Part shown: positions 62,666-64,000 of the stretch, one piece after another
How the letters are laid out: every line of letters begins with the position of its first letter
Numbering within the stretch: position 1 is the stretch's first letter
Origin: Deinococcota bacterium
Lineage (GTDB): Bacteria; Deinococcota; Deinococci; Deinococcales; Thermaceae
Direction of reading: 5' to 3'
Length of the DNA: 64,000 nucleotides
NCBI GenBank assembly: GCA_041695225.1
Contig: JBGFRI010000015.1
Location: 32,001 to 96,000 of the forward strand
Translations under genes and position numbers: made by a program
The notes under the pieces: model-generated
Told to the model about the DNA's origin: nothing
What the model saw: only the letters and a program-made list of their open reading frames with translations
The model's database searches: none

Positions 62666-63937
62666 ATGTCCAGAACCCTCGCCAGCCAAATTACCCAGCA
62701 CGTGGGTGAGACCGTAACCCTACAGGGCTTTCTGCACTGGAAGCGCGACCTGGGCGGTATTCAGTTTGCCCTTTTACGTGACCGGAGCGGCATTGTGCAG
62801 GTTGTGGTGGACGGGAATTTTGAGCTGCCTTTGGCCGAGACTTCGATGCGGGTGGTGGGCAAGGTGGTTGCGAATGCCAAGGCGCCTGGGGGCCATGAAG
62901 TAGTGGCAGAGCACCTCGAGTTCTACGCAAAAGCCAGCGAGCCCAGCCCTATCGAAATTCCCAAGGAAGAGTGGCGGGTCAACCCCGAGACGCTGCTCGA
63001 GTACCGCTACGTGAGCCTGCGGGGAGAGAAAGCCCGCGCTCCCCTCAAAATTCAAGCAGCCCTGGTGCGAGGGTTCCGCCATTACCTCGACAGCCAGGGC
63101 TTCACCGAGATATTCACCCCCAAAATTGTCTCGGCCGGGGCCGAGGGGGGCGGCAACCTGTTTGGGGTGGACTATTTCGAGAAGCGGGCCTACCTGGCCC
63201 AGTCGCCACAGCTCTACAAGCAGATCATGGTGGGGGTTTTCGAACGGGTGTACGAGGTGGCGCCGGTCTTCCGCGCCGAGCAACACGCCACCAGCCGCCA
63301 TCTCAACGAATACCTATCGCTGGACGTAGAGATGGGGTTCATAGAATCGGAACACCAGGTGATGGACCTGGAAGAGGAGCTTATCCGCGCCATGCTGGAC
63401 GAAGCCCGTCACACCGCCGCACGGGAGTGCGAGCTTTTGGAGGTTGAATGGCCAAACGTGGCCGAGATGCCCCGCCTCGAGCACCCCGAAGCCCGTCGTA
63501 TCCTGCGCGAAAAACTGGGAATGCCGGTGGGGGCCGACTTCAACGAGGAGGCCGAACGGGCGCTGGGATCCTGGGCAAAAGAGAACTGGGGTGCCGACTT
63601 TGTCTTTATTACCAAGTACCCCGAGGCCGCGCGTCCTTTCTACGCCTACCCAGAAGGCGACGGAGCTACGCGGGGGTTCGATCTGCTGTTCCGGGGGCTC
63701 GAGATAACCTCCGGTGGGCAGCGCATCCACCAGTATGAACTCCTGGTCGAGCAGCTCAAAAAGAAAGGCAACGACCCCGCCAGCTTTGCCGGCTATCTGG
63801 AGGTGTTCAAGTTTGGCATGCCTCCCCACGGTGGCTTTGCCATCGGGGCCGAGCGCATCACCCAGAAGCTGCTGGGCCTGCCCAATGTGCGCTATGCTCG
63901 GGCATTCCCTCGAGACCGGCATCGTCTGACCCCGTAA
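62666..63937 (+). CDS. aspS2: Non-discriminating (archaeal-type) aspartyl-tRNA(Asp/Asn) synthetase
   Basis: About 423 aa with no bacterial insertion; RDLGG..F..LRDRSG, N.KAPGG.E, YLAQSPQLYKQ, RHLNEYLSLDVE, RPFY, FDLLFRGLEITSGGQRIH, GMPPHGG. Confidence 0.92.
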   Translation: MSRTLASQITQHVGETVTLQGFLHWKRDLGGIQFALLRDRSGIVQVVVDGNFELPLAETSMRVVGKVVANAKAPGGHEVVAEHLEFYAKASEPSPIEIPKEEWRVNPETLLEYRYVSLRGEKARAPLKIQAALVRGFRHYLDSQGFTEIFTPKIVSAGAEGGGNLFGVDYFEKRAYLAQSPQLYKQIMVGVFERVYEVAPVFRAEQHATSRHLNEYLSLDVEMGFIESEHQVMDLEEELIRAMLDEARHTAARECELLEVEWPNVAEMPRLEHPEARRILREKLGMPVGADFNEEAERALGSWAKENWGADFVFITKYPEAARPFYAYPEGDGATRGFDLLFRGLEITSGGQRIHQYELLVEQLKKKGNDPASFAGYLEVFKFGMPPHGGFAIGAERITQKLLGLPNVRYARAFPRDRHRLTP

Positions 63938-64000
63938 CACCCTTCCGATGTACCCGAGGTCGTGTGAACCAGCTAACCCTTGGGCTGGAGGGGTGCTGTT

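Overview
This is a 64 kb core-genome segment from a GC-rich Deinococcus-Thermus bacterium. It looks like Meiothermus or a close relative, inferred from the Thermus-type rpoBC, mglAB and two AspRS enzymes. Housekeeping genes include aspS, tig-clpP-clpX, tRNA-His/Leu, rpoBC, ispF, radA, dxr-rseP, mqnC, gcvTHP, mglAB, lon and aspS2. A few accessory genes are interspersed: sqr plus a secreted NPCBM-type protein next to tRNA-Leu, hicBA, a NreB-like MFS, and nifJ with a DHODH-like gene. The most interesting signals are non-coding or too small for the ORF track. (1) An apparent ribosome-mediated attenuator with an 8-aa Asp-Asp-Asn leader peptide sits in front of the non-discriminating Asp/Asn-tRNA synthetase. 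(2) A promoter, a 14-aa leader peptide ending in the RLR macrolide-arrest motif and a terminator precede an ABC-2 exporter. (3) About 18 intergenic arrays of 7-bp repeats have conserved cores, inverted arms and frequent stop-codon junctions. (4) CTCGAG is strongly over-represented. (5) A tandem glycine riboswitch lies inside the gcv cluster, and there are a perfect HAIR operator at lon and a CsoR/CstR-type operator at sqr. All calls come from reading the sequence and recognising families; no searches were run.
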